Below, one piece after another: positions 43,142 to 53,939 of a DNA stretch of 64,000 nucleotides (position 1 is the first letter of the stretch; each line of letters starts with the position of its first letter). A program made the translations under genes and the position numbers. The notes beneath the pieces are model-generated. The model saw only the letters and a list, made by a program, of their open reading frames with translations. It did no database searches and was not told the origin of the DNA. The DNA is from an uncultured delta proteobacterium (GTDB taxonomy: Bacteria > Desulfobacterota > Binatia > UBA9968), in assembly GCA_963745035.1 (NCBI GenBank), contig CAVUVW010000005.1:160001-224000 (forward strand). The letters are read 5' to 3'.

Positions 43142-44037
43142 TTATAGTCCGGTGCCGCTTCGTTTAAGGCGCGGATCGAGGAGATCGCGCAGGGCGTCGC
43201 CGAGCAGGTTGATGCCGAGCACGGTGACAAAGATGCACAGGCCGGGGAAGAGCGGCATCCACCACGAGGTGCTGATGTAGATGCGCGCATCGGCGAGCAT
43301 GGTTCCCCAGGTGGGAATTTCCGGCGGCACGCCGACGCCGAGAAAGCTCAAGCTCGCCTCGGCGATGATCGACGAAGCCATGGCGAACGTACCGATGACG
43401 AGCGAGGTCTGAATCAAATTGGGAATCACGTGGCGGGTAATAATTTGCCGGTTGCTGGCGCCGAGGCATTGCGCGGCGGTGACGAAATCACGCGATCTCA
43501 GCGACAGAGTTTGCCCGCGCACCACCCGGCAATACGGTATCCAGCGCTGCGCCACCAAGCGCCAGGATCAGATTGAACAGCCCCTGGCCCAAAAAGGCCA
43601 TGATCGTGATGCCGAGCAAGAGCGGCGGGAAAGCCCACACGACCTCGACCAGTTTCTGAATGACAAAATCCACTTTGCCGCCGAAATAGCCCGAGATCGC
43701 GCCAAGGGTGATGCCGATAAATCCGGAGACAAACACGACCGCGAACGCGACGAGCAAGGATACGCGCGAGCCGTAAATCACCCGGCTCAAAATATCGCGT
43801 CCTAGGTTGTCGGTACCGAGCGCATGCGGCGCGCCGATGCCTTGCGGCTGCTTTCATCATGGCGGTGAGCTCTTGTTTATTGGGATCGCGGGGGGCGAGC
43901 ACGGGACCGAGTATGCCGACCAGGATAAACAGCAAGACGATCAAGCCGCCGGTGAACGCCTTCACATGAAGACGCGGCATCCTCCTTGCGCGAGCGGCGC
44001 GCTCTTCAGTAGCGGATTCGAGGGTCAATGACTGCAT
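43142..44037 (-). CDS. Peptide/nickel ABC permease, DppC/OppC type (frameshifts)
   Basis: HALGTDNLGRDILSR, EASLSFLGVG, NLLGDALRDLLDPR. Confidence 0.9.
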
Positions 44038-45008
44038 AAAGTCCGTCGATAATCAGATTGATCGAGACGAACGCAACCGTGTACGTCATCACCACGCCGG
44101 TGACGAGCGGATAATCGCGCGCGTTGAGCGCCGTGATCAGCAGGCTGCCGCTTCCCGGCCAGGCGAACACGGTCTCGACGATGATCGAGCCGCTGAGCAG
44201 GGTGCCGAGCTCGAGGCCGACCACGGTGATCACGGGAATCAGCGCGTTGCGCGCCACATGGCGCCAGACAATTTTGTTTTCGCGCAAGCCTTTGGCGCGC
44301 GCGGTCTGGATGTAGTCTTCCGTCATGACTTCCAGGATCGACGAGCGGGTCACGCGCATCAAAATGCCGAGCATGTTGACGCCGAGCGCCAACGCCGGCA
44401 AGAAAATGTGGGTGAGCGCGTCCCACACCGCGCGCCAGTTCTGCTGCAGGAGGCTGTCCAAAATATAAAAACCGGTCTGCTCGGGTCCGGCGATGCCGTA
44501 AGTGCTGCGGCCCGAGGTCGGGAGAATATTCAAGATCCCGGCGAGCAGCAGGATCAGCATGATGGCGAGCCAGAAACTTGGCATGCTGATGCCGAAAAGA
44601 CCGAAGGTGGTGCCGACGTTATCGATCCACGAGTTGGGCCTGGAGCCGGCCCAGACGCCAAGCGGTATCGCCATCAGGGTGGCGATGATGATCGCAAAAA
44701 ATGCGAGCTCGATGGTGGCGGGCAATCGGGTCATGATCACGCGCAGCACCGGTTCGGCATATTTGAACGAGCGGCCGAAATCGCCCGCTGCGGCCGACTT
44801 AAGGAATTTGAAATACTGGACATAGATCGGTTGATCCAGGCCCCAACGCTCCTTGGCCCGTGGCTACTTCCGCGGCGTTGGTTTCCTCGCCGAGGAGCAT
44901 CAAGGTCGGATCGCCGGGCGCGGCGTGAATCAGCAGGAACACCAGTAAGCTGATGAGCAGCAGAACCGGAATCGTGCCCGCGAGACGTTGGGCTAAGTAG
45001 CTAGTCAT
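44006..45008 (-). CDS. Peptide/nickel ABC permease, DppB/OppB type (frameshifts)
   Basis: PGDP, DFGRS, TARAKGL, IVETVFAWPG, DPRIRY. Confidence 0.9.
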
Positions 45009-45020
45009 CGCAAGGATTAA

Positions 45021-45087
45021 CTGGAGTGGTGGAGCTTTGGGGCCTAACCATTACTTACTCCATCACTCCAATACTCCATTACTCCAA
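45021..45087. repeat. Inverted pair of 8-bp tandem arrays
   Basis: TGGAGTGG TGGAG ... TACTCCAT CACTCCAA TACTCCAT TACTCCAA. Confidence 0.75.
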
Positions 45088-45095
45088 CCTCAACA

Positions 45096-46619
45096 TCAGC
45101 GTTTCACCTGCATGTCGATGGCGTAGATGCGCGCGTCCGGCAGCGGCTTGTAATCGACGCGGTTGTGCAAACCCCACAGCAGCTTGTGGCGCCACATGAA
45201 GCACGCCGGCGCATCCTCGGTAAGAATACTCATCGCCTGCGATAGATACTCACGGCGGCGTTTAGGATCGAACTCCTGCTGCTCTTTGTCGAGGAGCTCA
45301 TCCAGTTTGGGATTGGAGTAGCCGATGCGCGGCGTCTCGCCGGTGTGGAAGTACTGATGCAGCGCGGCGCTCGGATCCTGCACGGAACCACGGCCCATGT
45401 AGTAGAAAGGAATGGTTCCTTTTTGCACGCTCGCCCACAGAGTCGCCCACTCCGGCGTGAGCAGCCTGGCGCGGAAACCGGCTGCGTTGAGCATGGGAAT
45501 CATCGCTTCGGTCAGTTGCTTGTCCAGGGTATAGCGACCGACGGGAGTTTGTAGCTCGACATCGACGCCGTTCGGATAACCGGCTTGGGCCAAAAGCTTC
45601 TTCGATCGCTCCGGATCATAGGCGAGCTTCGGTTTCAGATTGGGATCATAGCCGTACTGCCCGGGCCCAATCGGCCCGTCGAGGCGGCTCGCTTCGTTTT
45701 GCAGTAGCGTGGATATGATCTGGTCACGATTGATAGCGTGGCAGACGGCTTGGCGAACTTCTTTTTTGTCGAAGGGCGGTTTGGGCTGCATGGCGAGGAA
45801 CATGATCTCCACTGAATCGACGGGAGTGATCTTCAAGTTTTTCGATTTCTCCACGCGCTGGCGCATATGCGGCGGGACGAATTGCGCGATCTGGATTTCA
45901 TCGTTGAGCAACGCGGTCACGCGCTGCTCGGGCTCGCGCATGATGCGGTAGATGACCTCATCGGGCGCGCGGGGATTTTTTTTGGCGTCGGGATGATCGT
46001 TGCGTTTTTGTAACACCAGGCGCTGTCCCGGGATAAGCTCCTTCAATCGATAGGGACCGCCGCCCATCATGTGTTCCTTGTCGGCGGCGTCGCGACCGTA
46101 CTTGTCGAATATCGCCTTGCTCGTGACGATCAAACGGTCGCAGAGAAAGGAGAGCAGCGGCGCGGTGGGTTTGTCGGTGTTAATCCTGACGGTGAACTTA
46201 TCGACGGCTTCGGCCTTGGTGATCGACGGCGCGACCGAGGCTTTTTGTTTGGACTGAGGATCGCCGATCACGCGGTTCATCAGCGAATGGACGACGTCAT
46301 CCGCGGTCACCGGCGAGCCGTCGTTGAATTTGTAGTTCTTGTTCAACGTGAAAACCCAGGTCGTCGGGTTTTCAGTTTTCCATTTTTCGGCGAGCCGTCC
46401 TTCGAAATCACCTTTGGCATAGCTGTACGTGCAAAACGGTCCGGTGATTTCGCTGTAGATGCCGTAGAGCAGCGAAACACTGTCGCCGTAGGGGTTGTGG
46501 GTTTCGATGGTTTCCGTGACGCCGACCGATATCCGCGTCTGTGCTCCGGCGGACGTGGCGCCGCCCAACATTAAGGCAAATGCCGCGAATATAATCACGA
46601 AAGCTCGGATGGTTCGCAT
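45096..46619 (-). CDS. Peptide ABC substrate-binding protein (SBP_bac_5)
   Basis: LAEKW, FNDGSPVTADDV, GGGPYRL, KEVRQAVCHAINR, LLAQAGYPNG. Confidence 0.92.
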   Translation of the reverse strand: MRTIRAFVIIFAAFALMLGGATSAGAQTRISVGVTETIETHNPYGDSVSLLYGIYSEITGPFCTYSYAKGDFEGRLAEKWKTENPTTWVFTLNKNYKFNDGSPVTADDVVHSLMNRVIGDPQSKQKASVAPSITKAEAVDKFTVRINTDKPTAPLLSFLCDRLIVTSKAIFDKYGRDAADKEHMMGGGPYRLKELIPGQRLVLQKRNDHPDAKKNPRAPDEVIYRIMREPEQRVTALLNDEIQIAQFVPPHMRQRVEKSKNLKITPVDSVEIMFLAMQPKPPFDKKEVRQAVCHAINRDQIISTLLQNEASRLDGPIGPGQYGYDPNLKPKLAYDPERSKKLLAQAGYPNGVDVELQTPVGRYTLDKQLTEAMIPMLNAAGFRARLLTPEWATLWASVQKGTIPFYYMGRGSVQDPSAALHQYFHTGETPRIGYSNPKLDELLDKEQQEFDPKRRREYLSQAMSILTEDAPACFMWRHKLLWGLHNRVDYKPLPDARIYAIDMQVKR

Positions 46620-46839
46620 GTGTCTCCTCCAAGAATAGGTGCTGTGCGTGCCGTCGATGCGGAAATGTTGTATCGCTCCCAGTTCCCTTGTCAAGACGAA
46701 AAAGCCGCTGCTCACGACGCCATTTTCGGTTGACAGGAGGGAAGCGGCGGTACTAATCGTTAGTCAATGAACACAAAGCAAAATCAAATCGTGCGCTGCG
46801 ACCTCAACGGTTGAGCGACGCCTGCGGAGGTACGGAGTC

Positions 46840-47991
46840 ATGGCGAAAAACGGCTACAAGATACTCGACAGCGATATGCATGTCTTCGAGCCGCACGATC
46901 TCTATTTGAAGTACATGGATCACCGCTGGGGCGAGCGCATCCCGCGCGGCGCGCCGCGAAAACGGCACGGCCAAATCAAATTCACCTTGGGCGACAACAA
47001 GCCGGTGCGGACTTCCGGGGTTCAAGCGCTGGCGGTTACGATGCCCGCAAGAAATGCCGATGAAAGCTCACCGGGCGAAGCCGAAGTCGCACATCGCTAT
47101 GCGAAGCCGCTAGCGCGCGACTATGACGCGATCTCGCAACTCGAAGCGATGGATGAGGAGGGCTTGGACGTCGCCGTCTTGTTTCGAACCTTCCCGCTGC
47201 ATTGCGATGACAGCCTGGAGGCCGAGTACGCCAACGCTCTTTGCCGCGCATGGAACGATTGGATGGCGGATTTTTGCAGGGCTGATCCACAGCGATTGCG
47301 TCCCTCGGCGCTGATCACGCTCCATGACGTCGATCTGGCGGTGGATGAAACGAGGCGAGCAATCACAGAGTTGGGCGCAATCGGATTATGCCTCGTGCCC
47401 GAGCCGTCCAACGGACGGCACATTCACGACCGCTACTACGATCCGGTGTGGCGCGAAGCGGAGAAATTAGGCGCGCCGATCTGTTTTCATCCGGCGGCGA
47501 GTCCCAATCAGGAGCAAGCCGTGCATCGGTTCAAAGGCCACGCCAACGAAGCTGTGCTCATCAACGCTTTTCGTAATCCGGTAGAGCTGATGCTTGCGGT
47601 CGGGAGCTTCTGCGCCGGCGGGGTGCTCGAGCGCTTTCCCAGTCTCCGGGTGGCTTTTCTCGAAGGCAACTGCGGTTGGCTGCCCTGGTCGCTTTACCGC
47701 TTGGATGAACGCTGGGAACTACGCAAGGGGTACTGCAACGAGCCGATGAGTCTGCGGCCGAGCGATTACTTCATGCGGCAATGTTTTATTTCAGTCGACG
47801 TGGAGGAGGATCTCGTCACCGACGTGATCCGGCGCATCGGCGACGACAACGTGGTGATCTCGACCGACTATCCGCACGCCGACTCTCACTGGCCTGATGC
47901 GGTTAATCATTTCATGGCGCTCGAAATGCCGAACGCATCGCGAAAGAAAATTCTCTGGGACAATTGCGCGCGGCTGTACGGCGTGGACTAA
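46840..47991 (+). CDS. Amidohydrolase family protein
   Basis: ILDSDMHVFEP, AWNDW, CFHP, FLEGNCGW, STDYPH, ILWDN. Confidence 0.92.
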   Translation: MAKNGYKILDSDMHVFEPHDLYLKYMDHRWGERIPRGAPRKRHGQIKFTLGDNKPVRTSGVQALAVTMPARNADESSPGEAEVAHRYAKPLARDYDAISQLEAMDEEGLDVAVLFRTFPLHCDDSLEAEYANALCRAWNDWMADFCRADPQRLRPSALITLHDVDLAVDETRRAITELGAIGLCLVPEPSNGRHIHDRYYDPVWREAEKLGAPICFHPAASPNQEQAVHRFKGHANEAVLINAFRNPVELMLAVGSFCAGGVLERFPSLRVAFLEGNCGWLPWSLYRLDERWELRKGYCNEPMSLRPSDYFMRQCFISVDVEEDLVTDVIRRIGDDNVVISTDYPHADSHWPDAVNHFMALEMPNASRKKILWDNCARLYGVD

Positions 47992-48027
47992 GAGGCGCGG
48001 CGCGAGCTACGCATCAAGCGCCCCCGT

Positions 48028-49050
48028 TTATTTCAGAATGTCTTTGAGCTTTGCCACCAGGTTCTGATCGAGCTTGTAGGTTCGGTCGACGATTTTTTCC
48101 AGCTCTTCGCCGCTGAGCGGCGCCATATCGAGGCGCGCCTTCTTGGCGTCGGCGAGAAATTCCGGGTCTTTGTACGTGTCGGCCAATCCCTTGCGCAGCG
48201 CGAGCACGCGCTCTTTCGGTGTGCCCGGCGGAAAGACATATGGGCGGGCGATGGAGGCGTAGTCGAACGCGCCGGCCTGGACGATCTTGCGATTGTCATC
48301 GTCTTTCACGTAATCCAAGATCGCCGGGACGTTGGGCAAATCGGGATGGCGCTGGGGCAGCATCTGCAACATGACAACCACCGAGCCGGTTTCAATTTCC
48401 TTCACCCAGCCCGATTTGAACGATTCCCAGGAATTGACCAATCCCTGAAGCTCGCCGCTGTTTACAGCCAGTTTGATATCGGCGGTTCCTTTGTAGCCCG
48501 ATACGAGCTGGAGCGGGACGCCCACCGTGGCGCGCACGATTTTCGCGACGTCATCGGTGGCGGCGCCCGGGCCGACGCCGCCGAATTTGAGGGTCGTCTT
48601 GGTCGAAAGCCAATGATCGATGCTCGTGATGCCGCTCGCTTTGTTGATGCCGACAGTGGTGGTGTCCTGAGCCGGCACACCGAGGTGTTCGAATTTTCGT
48701 CCGTCGAATTCGATGCCCGGTTTTCCGAGCACGTGCTGGAGTATGAGTCCGCCGATAAAGTGGCCGATCGTGAGGCCGTCCGGCCTGGCGACTTTGTAAG
48801 TGTGGTTCGCCGCGATCAAACTGCCCGCGCCGGTCATGTTCTCGACGACGAAAGTCGGATTGCCGGGGACATGCTTGCCCAGGTGGCGCGCGATGGTGCG
48901 CGTGTAGGTGTCGTAGCCGCCGCCGGCCGAGCCGCCGACGATGATGCGCACGGTTTTGCCGCTGTAGAATTGCGCCTGCGCGAGACCGCTCGTTGTCAGC
49001 AAACCTAAGACAATGCCGATCGCGAAACTTCCAACGTGCCGGTTAGCCAT
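48028..49050 (-). CDS. Tripartite tricarboxylate transporter substrate-binding protein (Bug/TctC)
   Basis: GGSAGGGYD, VENMTGAG, PDGLTI, GYKGTA, PPGTP. Confidence 0.92.
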   Translation of the reverse strand: MANRHVGSFAIGIVLGLLTTSGLAQAQFYSGKTVRIIVGGSAGGGYDTYTRTIARHLGKHVPGNPTFVVENMTGAGSLIAANHTYKVARPDGLTIGHFIGGLILQHVLGKPGIEFDGRKFEHLGVPAQDTTTVGINKASGITSIDHWLSTKTTLKFGGVGPGAATDDVAKIVRATVGVPLQLVSGYKGTADIKLAVNSGELQGLVNSWESFKSGWVKEIETGSVVVMLQMLPQRHPDLPNVPAILDYVKDDDNRKIVQAGAFDYASIARPYVFPPGTPKERVLALRKGLADTYKDPEFLADAKKARLDMAPLSGEELEKIVDRTYKLDQNLVAKLKDILK

Positions 49051-49167
49051 AGAAGCTCCTTTGCCGGTTCAACTGTTCGCGCGATTCTTAGCAAAAATTG
49101 CCCTGGATGCAACTTGCATCGCGACGGTGATGTGATCATGATCCAGCCCAGTTGGAGGACTCACGCC

Positions 49168-50157
49168 ATGAAGTATCGCTTTCTCGGCAAGGATCGCTTG
49201 AAAGTTTCGGCGATCGGCTACGGCTGTCCGCCGTTTCAAGGCAAGTTGAGCGATGCCGGTGAAAAGCAGGCCATCGCCGTGCTGCATCGGGCCATCGAAA
49301 TCGGCGTGAACTTCATCGATACCGCCGATCATAACAACGGCAACAACGAAGAGATTCTCGCCAAGGCACTCAAGGGCCGGCGCGCCGACGTCGTGCTCAC
49401 GACCAAGTTCGGCAACCTGCGCGGCCAGCCGTGGGCCGAAGGGCGCGAGGTGGAAGGCAAGCCGGAGTACGTCGCATGGGCCTGTGAAAATTCACTCCGG
49501 CGGCTCGAAACCGATTACATCGATCTTTACTATTTGCATCGGGTCGATCCCAAAGTACCCATCGAGGACACCGTGGGCGCAATGGCGCGACTGGTGGAGC
49601 AGGGAAAAGTCCGTTATATCGGCTTGAGCGAAGCGGGACCGCAAACACTCCGCCGTGCCAACGCGGTTCACCCGGTCACAGCCGTGCAGAGCGAATATTC
49701 GCTTTGGACGCGCGACTACGAGGCCAATACGATTCCCGCCGCGCGCGAGCTCGGTATCGGCTACGTCGCCTACTATGCGCTCGGACGCGGCTTTCTCGGC
49801 GGCGCGTTCAAGAACTTTTCGGACCTCGGAGAAAAAGAAGCGAAGCGAAGAGGACCGCGTTTCCACGAAAAGAATTTTCAACACAACGCGAATTTGCTCG
49901 ATCAGCTTCAAGGCGTCGCCGAAGCCAAGAAATGCACCTTGGCGCAGCTCGCGTTGGCATGGATTCTCCATCAAGGCGACTTCTTCGTGCCGATCCCGGG
50001 CACTCATAAGATTGAAAATCTCGAGGCGAATGCCGCCGCCGCTGACATTCAGCTAACGGATACCGAGCTGGCGGCGATGGATAGAATTTTTCCACGTCAA
50101 GGCGCGGCTGCCGGGACGCGGCATGATTACGATCGGTCGAAGGAGCTGAATATTTAA
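49168..50157 (+). CDS. Aldo/keto reductase
   Basis: IDTAD, TKFG, SLRRLETDYIDLYYLHR, IGLSE, QSEYSL, PIPGT. Confidence 0.93.
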   Translation: MKYRFLGKDRLKVSAIGYGCPPFQGKLSDAGEKQAIAVLHRAIEIGVNFIDTADHNNGNNEEILAKALKGRRADVVLTTKFGNLRGQPWAEGREVEGKPEYVAWACENSLRRLETDYIDLYYLHRVDPKVPIEDTVGAMARLVEQGKVRYIGLSEAGPQTLRRANAVHPVTAVQSEYSLWTRDYEANTIPAARELGIGYVAYYALGRGFLGGAFKNFSDLGEKEAKRRGPRFHEKNFQHNANLLDQLQGVAEAKKCTLAQLALAWILHQGDFFVPIPGTHKIENLEANAAAADIQLTDTELAAMDRIFPRQGAAAGTRHDYDRSKELNI

Positions 50158-50160
50158 AAA

Positions 50161-50208
50161 GTTCAAGCCGTTCAAAACGTTCAACCGCTTCGGTCCGTTC
50201 AAATCGTC
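50161..50208. repeat. 9-bp tandem repeat array
   Basis: GTTCAAGCC GTTCAAAAC GTTCAACCGCTTCGGTCC GTTCAAATC. Confidence 0.85.
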
Positions 50209-50300
50209 TTAACAGAGTTCGTTGTTCAACGGCTCGACGATTCAAGATTGGGATGCTGGACTCATTTGCATCTAGATTACGAATACGATCACGAGCACGT

Positions 50301-50820
50301 TTATAGCGCCTCTGGGGCGGGCATGATGTCGCCGCACTTCTTGCACGTGCGGAATTCTACGCTGTCAAAGAAGTGCTTGTAGGCTTTCGAGACAGGGTCG
50401 AGCGCATAGTCGTCTACGACGAATCGCTCTTCGTGCAGCAAGGCATCGCACTTGAGGCAAAACCACTGAAAACAGTCGATCTCGCCGCTTCGCCTTTTGC
50501 GCTCGGAAATTAGCGCGAAGGCATCCTCGGGAGAAGCGCGGTGAGTGCGGCGTGCCGGCGGGCGTGTAGATGATCGCGCCTTCCGGGATCAGCGCTATTT
50601 CTTCTTTGCCTTCCGGCGTGCGGTAGTGCAGGCGCATGTCACCTTTGATCATGTGCATGGTCTCATCGCTCGGGTTGATGTGAAACTCACTCCGATACTC
50701 GCGCCCGCGCGCGAGAAACACCAAAGTGTCGGCGTGCTGCCAGAGCACGCTCACGCGCCCGCCGGATTTGGCAAGCTTGAGGCCTTCTTGGAGCAAGCTG
50801 ACGATCGGCATGGAGAACAT
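50301..50820 (-). CDS. nbaC: 3-hydroxyanthranilate 3,4-dioxygenase-like protein (frameshift ~50530)
   Basis: RSEFHINPSDE, PHSPR, ERKR, WFCLKC and RTCKKCG rubredoxin-like cysteines. Confidence 0.8.
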
Positions 50821-50841
50821 GGCGGCTCCCTCTGAGGAAAA

Positions 50842-50928
50842 TTGGAGTAATGGAGTGATGGAGTCTTGGAGTAATGGGCTTCCGATTCCCGAACATCACT
50901 CCACCACTCCACTACTCCATCACTCCAG
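50842..50928. repeat. Inverted pair of 8-bp tandem arrays (long hairpin)
   Basis: TGGAGTAA TGGAGTGA TGGAGTCT TGGAGTAA TGG ... CACTCCAC CACTCCAC TACTCCAT CACTCCA. Confidence 0.85.
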
Positions 50929-50940
50929 CCTTTTCCATCC

Positions 50941-52197
50941 CTAGTCCGGCAACGGTTGGCCCTTGGTTTCGCGGGCAAACAGCAGAATGATCAAGCCGAA
51001 AAAATAGACCGAGCCGATGGTGGTGATCGCCGGAGCGAACGAGCCGTGCGCCGAAGTGAGCACGCCGGTTAGCAGCGGCCCGGCGGCGGAGAAGAAACGC
51101 GCGAAGTTGAAGCAGAAACCCTGGGCCGTGGCACGAATGGCCGTCGGAAACAATTCGGGAAAATAAATCGCGAAACCGGTAGTAACTCCGGCGGCGAAAA
51201 AGCCCATGATCGGCGCCGCCATTACCGCATGGCTCAATTCCTTGGCGAGGAAAAATGTCGTCGGCACGGAGAGCAAAGCGCCGAGGAAGTAGATCCACAA
51301 AGCTACTTTTCTCCCCCAACGATCAGCGACAAACGGCAGACACAAGCAGCCGATAATGCTGCCGGTCGTCAGCGCGGTCGTGACCAGGCTTACTTGCGGG
51401 ATGACCTCCCTTGTGCCCTGTGCGTGCAGCATGGCGGCAATCCAGCTCGGCACCCATTGGATAGCGCCCTGATAGCCGAAGGTGGCGACCACTGCGAGCC
51501 CCGTGCCGATCAGGACGTCGCGGCGCACCGGTTTCTTGAAGAGGAGGGGCAGCGGGTTTTGCTTGGCCTTGGCGTGCACCCAGCGCTCGGGTTCCTCGAG
51601 CGCGTAACGGATGTAAAACGCGACGATGGCCGGCAGCACGCCAAGCGCGAAAACCCAGCGCCACCCGTAAGGACCAATGAAGAGGTACAATCCAATCGCG
51701 AGAAAGAATCCGATGCCGCCCGAAGCCTGCATGATGCCGGCGGCTTTGGCGCGGGATTTCGCGGGCCAGCTTTCGGCGATCAATGCCGCGCCGGCGGCCC
51801 ATTCCCCGCCGATGCCGATACCGGTCAGAAACCGATAGACCGCGAGTTCCTGCCAGCTCGTCGCGATGCCGCAAAGACCGGTAAACGAAGCATAGATCAG
51901 TATGGTGATCGCCATCGTCTTGGCGCGGCCGTAGCGATCTGCGACGGGACCGAAAATGAGACCGCCGAGAGCCCAGCCGATCATGAAGATGCTGAGCACG
52001 ATGCCGCCGTAAAGACCGATCACCGCGCTCTCCGTCGTCCCGAGCAAATCGCTCATGGCGGGAAACAGGATGATCGCGTAAAGGTAGCCATCCATGATGT
52101 CGAGGGCCCAGCCGAGGCACGCGCAAATCAATACGCGCCACTGATACGGCGTGAGCTCGGCGTACCACTTCGGTTCTGTCGTCGTTGCCGGCGTCAT
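50941..52197 (-). CDS. MFS transporter (aromatic acid/sialate:H+ symporter-like)
   Basis: GWALDIMD, GPVADRYGR, GIGIGGEW, ELFPTAIRATA, ETKG. Confidence 0.93.
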   Translation of the reverse strand: MTPATTTEPKWYAELTPYQWRVLICACLGWALDIMDGYLYAIILFPAMSDLLGTTESAVIGLYGGIVLSIFMIGWALGGLIFGPVADRYGRAKTMAITILIYASFTGLCGIATSWQELAVYRFLTGIGIGGEWAAGAALIAESWPAKSRAKAAGIMQASGGIGFFLAIGLYLFIGPYGWRWVFALGVLPAIVAFYIRYALEEPERWVHAKAKQNPLPLLFKKPVRRDVLIGTGLAVVATFGYQGAIQWVPSWIAAMLHAQGTREVIPQVSLVTTALTTGSIIGCLCLPFVADRWGRKVALWIYFLGALLSVPTTFFLAKELSHAVMAAPIMGFFAAGVTTGFAIYFPELFPTAIRATAQGFCFNFARFFSAAGPLLTGVLTSAHGSFAPAITTIGSVYFFGLIILLFARETKGQPLPD

Positions 52198-52291
52198 AGC
52201 GCAACCAAAAAACGCAGCTCCCCGTTGCGGGGTTTTAAAATGCAGGAGCAGTCGCGTAAGATAAAAGTGACCGCACCATCGTCAAGCCAGC

Positions 52292-53560
52292 ATGCAGAGC
52301 CTACGAAATCTTCGCACCCTGCGTTCTCTCAAACACCGCAATTTTCGTCTCTTGATGGAAGGCGCGCTGGTCTCCAGCGCCGGCGACTTTATGCAGAACA
52401 TCGCACAAAGCTGGCTGGTCTGGCACGTTTCCAAATCTCCGGTGGCCATCGGCGTCGTGGCCTTTTTTGACACGTTTCCCCGACTGCTGGTGGGCGCTCT
52501 CGGCGGCGCCATCGCCGACCGATTCGACCGCAGGCGCGTGCTCATGATCACGCAAACGGCGGCGATGATCCAAGCCATTGTCTATTGGCTCGCCGTCGAG
52601 TTCGACGTCATCGAGCTTTGGCATATCGCCGCGCTGGCATTCTTTCTCGGCGTGGTGAACACGATCAATCAGACGGCGCGCCAGTCGCTGGTCAGCAGCC
52701 TGGTGCCGAAGGACGAGCTACTGAACGCCATCGGCTTGCAATCTTCGGTGTTCAATTTCTCAAAGATTCTTGGACCTTCGGCTGGCGGCATCATCATCGC
52801 GTATGTCGGCATCTCCGCCTGCTTTATGATCAACGCGATCAGTTTCATTTACTTGCTTTTCAATCTTTATCAAATGGAGCTGCCGCCTTGGGAAAAACGG
52901 TCGGAAGAACAAACTCTGTGGGCCGACGTCAAGGAAGGGTTCGTTTATTTGCTCGGCAACCGCCGCCTGCTCTATATCGTCGGGCTATCCTACGTGATCG
53001 CGACTTTTTGCGCGCCGTACAATCGATTCGTGCCGATCTTTGCCACCAATGTGCTGCATGTCGGCGCTTCGGGTTTTGGGTTGTTGATGGCCGCGCCGGG
53101 AGTGGGCGCGACGGTTGCGGCCTTGGCGCTTGCTTCGGTCAACAAACTGCGGGTGGGAATCAGCTCGATCTGCTACTGCGCCGTCGGTTTTGCGCTCTGT
53201 ATAGCGCTGTTCGCCTTTTCCCACTATTTCGCTTTGTCGTTTTTCTTTCTGGCACTGGTCGGCTTTTGCCAAATCGCCGGTCGCGCCCTGTCGAATACCG
53301 CGATCCAAACCTCGACACCGCCCAATCTTCTGGGACGGGTCCTGAGTTTATTTTTTATGGACCGGGGACTTTGGTCGCTGGGCAGCGTAATCATCGGCGC
53401 CGCGGGCGCCGCCATCGGCATGGAGTGGACCTTTACCGCGTGCGGCGTGATCACCGCGGCCGCCGCGCTCACGCTGCTGACCGTAAACCGGAAATATCGC
53501 GCTGAACTAGCGCGACAGCGCGCTTCAGAAAGCAACTTTACGCGACCACCGGTTCTCTGA
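52292..53560 (+). CDS. MFS transporter (MFS_3/transmembrane secretion effector type)
   Basis: SLKHRNFR, GAIADRFDRRR, GPSAGG, LLGRVLS. Confidence 0.9.
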   Translation: MQSLRNLRTLRSLKHRNFRLLMEGALVSSAGDFMQNIAQSWLVWHVSKSPVAIGVVAFFDTFPRLLVGALGGAIADRFDRRRVLMITQTAAMIQAIVYWLAVEFDVIELWHIAALAFFLGVVNTINQTARQSLVSSLVPKDELLNAIGLQSSVFNFSKILGPSAGGIIIAYVGISACFMINAISFIYLLFNLYQMELPPWEKRSEEQTLWADVKEGFVYLLGNRRLLYIVGLSYVIATFCAPYNRFVPIFATNVLHVGASGFGLLMAAPGVGATVAALALASVNKLRVGISSICYCAVGFALCIALFAFSHYFALSFFFLALVGFCQIAGRALSNTAIQTSTPPNLLGRVLSLFFMDRGLWSLGSVIIGAAGAAIGMEWTFTACGVITAAAALTLLTVNRKYRAELARQRASESNFTRPPVL

Positions 53561-53924
53561 GCGGCAAATGGCTCGGGATTTTCGGCACCCTTGTCCGGGG
53601 TTTGCCGTCGACGCCCGAATTGCCCGCACCGAGGAGCAGCATCCGGCCTTCACCGGTGTTGCAGAGTTGGTAGGACTCGCCCGATTTCAGCAAGACGGTG
53701 TCGAACTGCTTCAGCAAGAAGGCCTTGTGCGGCGTGCGCACCGTGCACTCGCCTTCGAGGACCATGAAAATATGATCGTCGTTCTCATGATAGTGCATGT
53801 CGTCTTGTTGCTTTCCCTCGCAGTTGATCACCCAGAAATACGCCAAGTCGGTTCGCCAGAGACTCAGATGATTGATCTCCGGGTTGGCGTCGGCCTCCTT
53901 GATGGGATTCTTCATTTCAACCAT
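53538..53924 (-). CDS. Cupin domain protein
   Basis: MHYHENDDHIFMVLEGE. Confidence 0.8.
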   Translation of the reverse strand: MVEMKNPIKEADANPEINHLSLWRTDLAYFWVINCEGKQQDDMHYHENDDHIFMVLEGECTVRTPHKAFLLKQFDTVLLKSGESYQLCNTGEGRMLLLGAGNSGVDGKPRTRVPKIPSHLPLREPVVA

Positions 53925-53939
53925 AGAACCTCCTCATTT

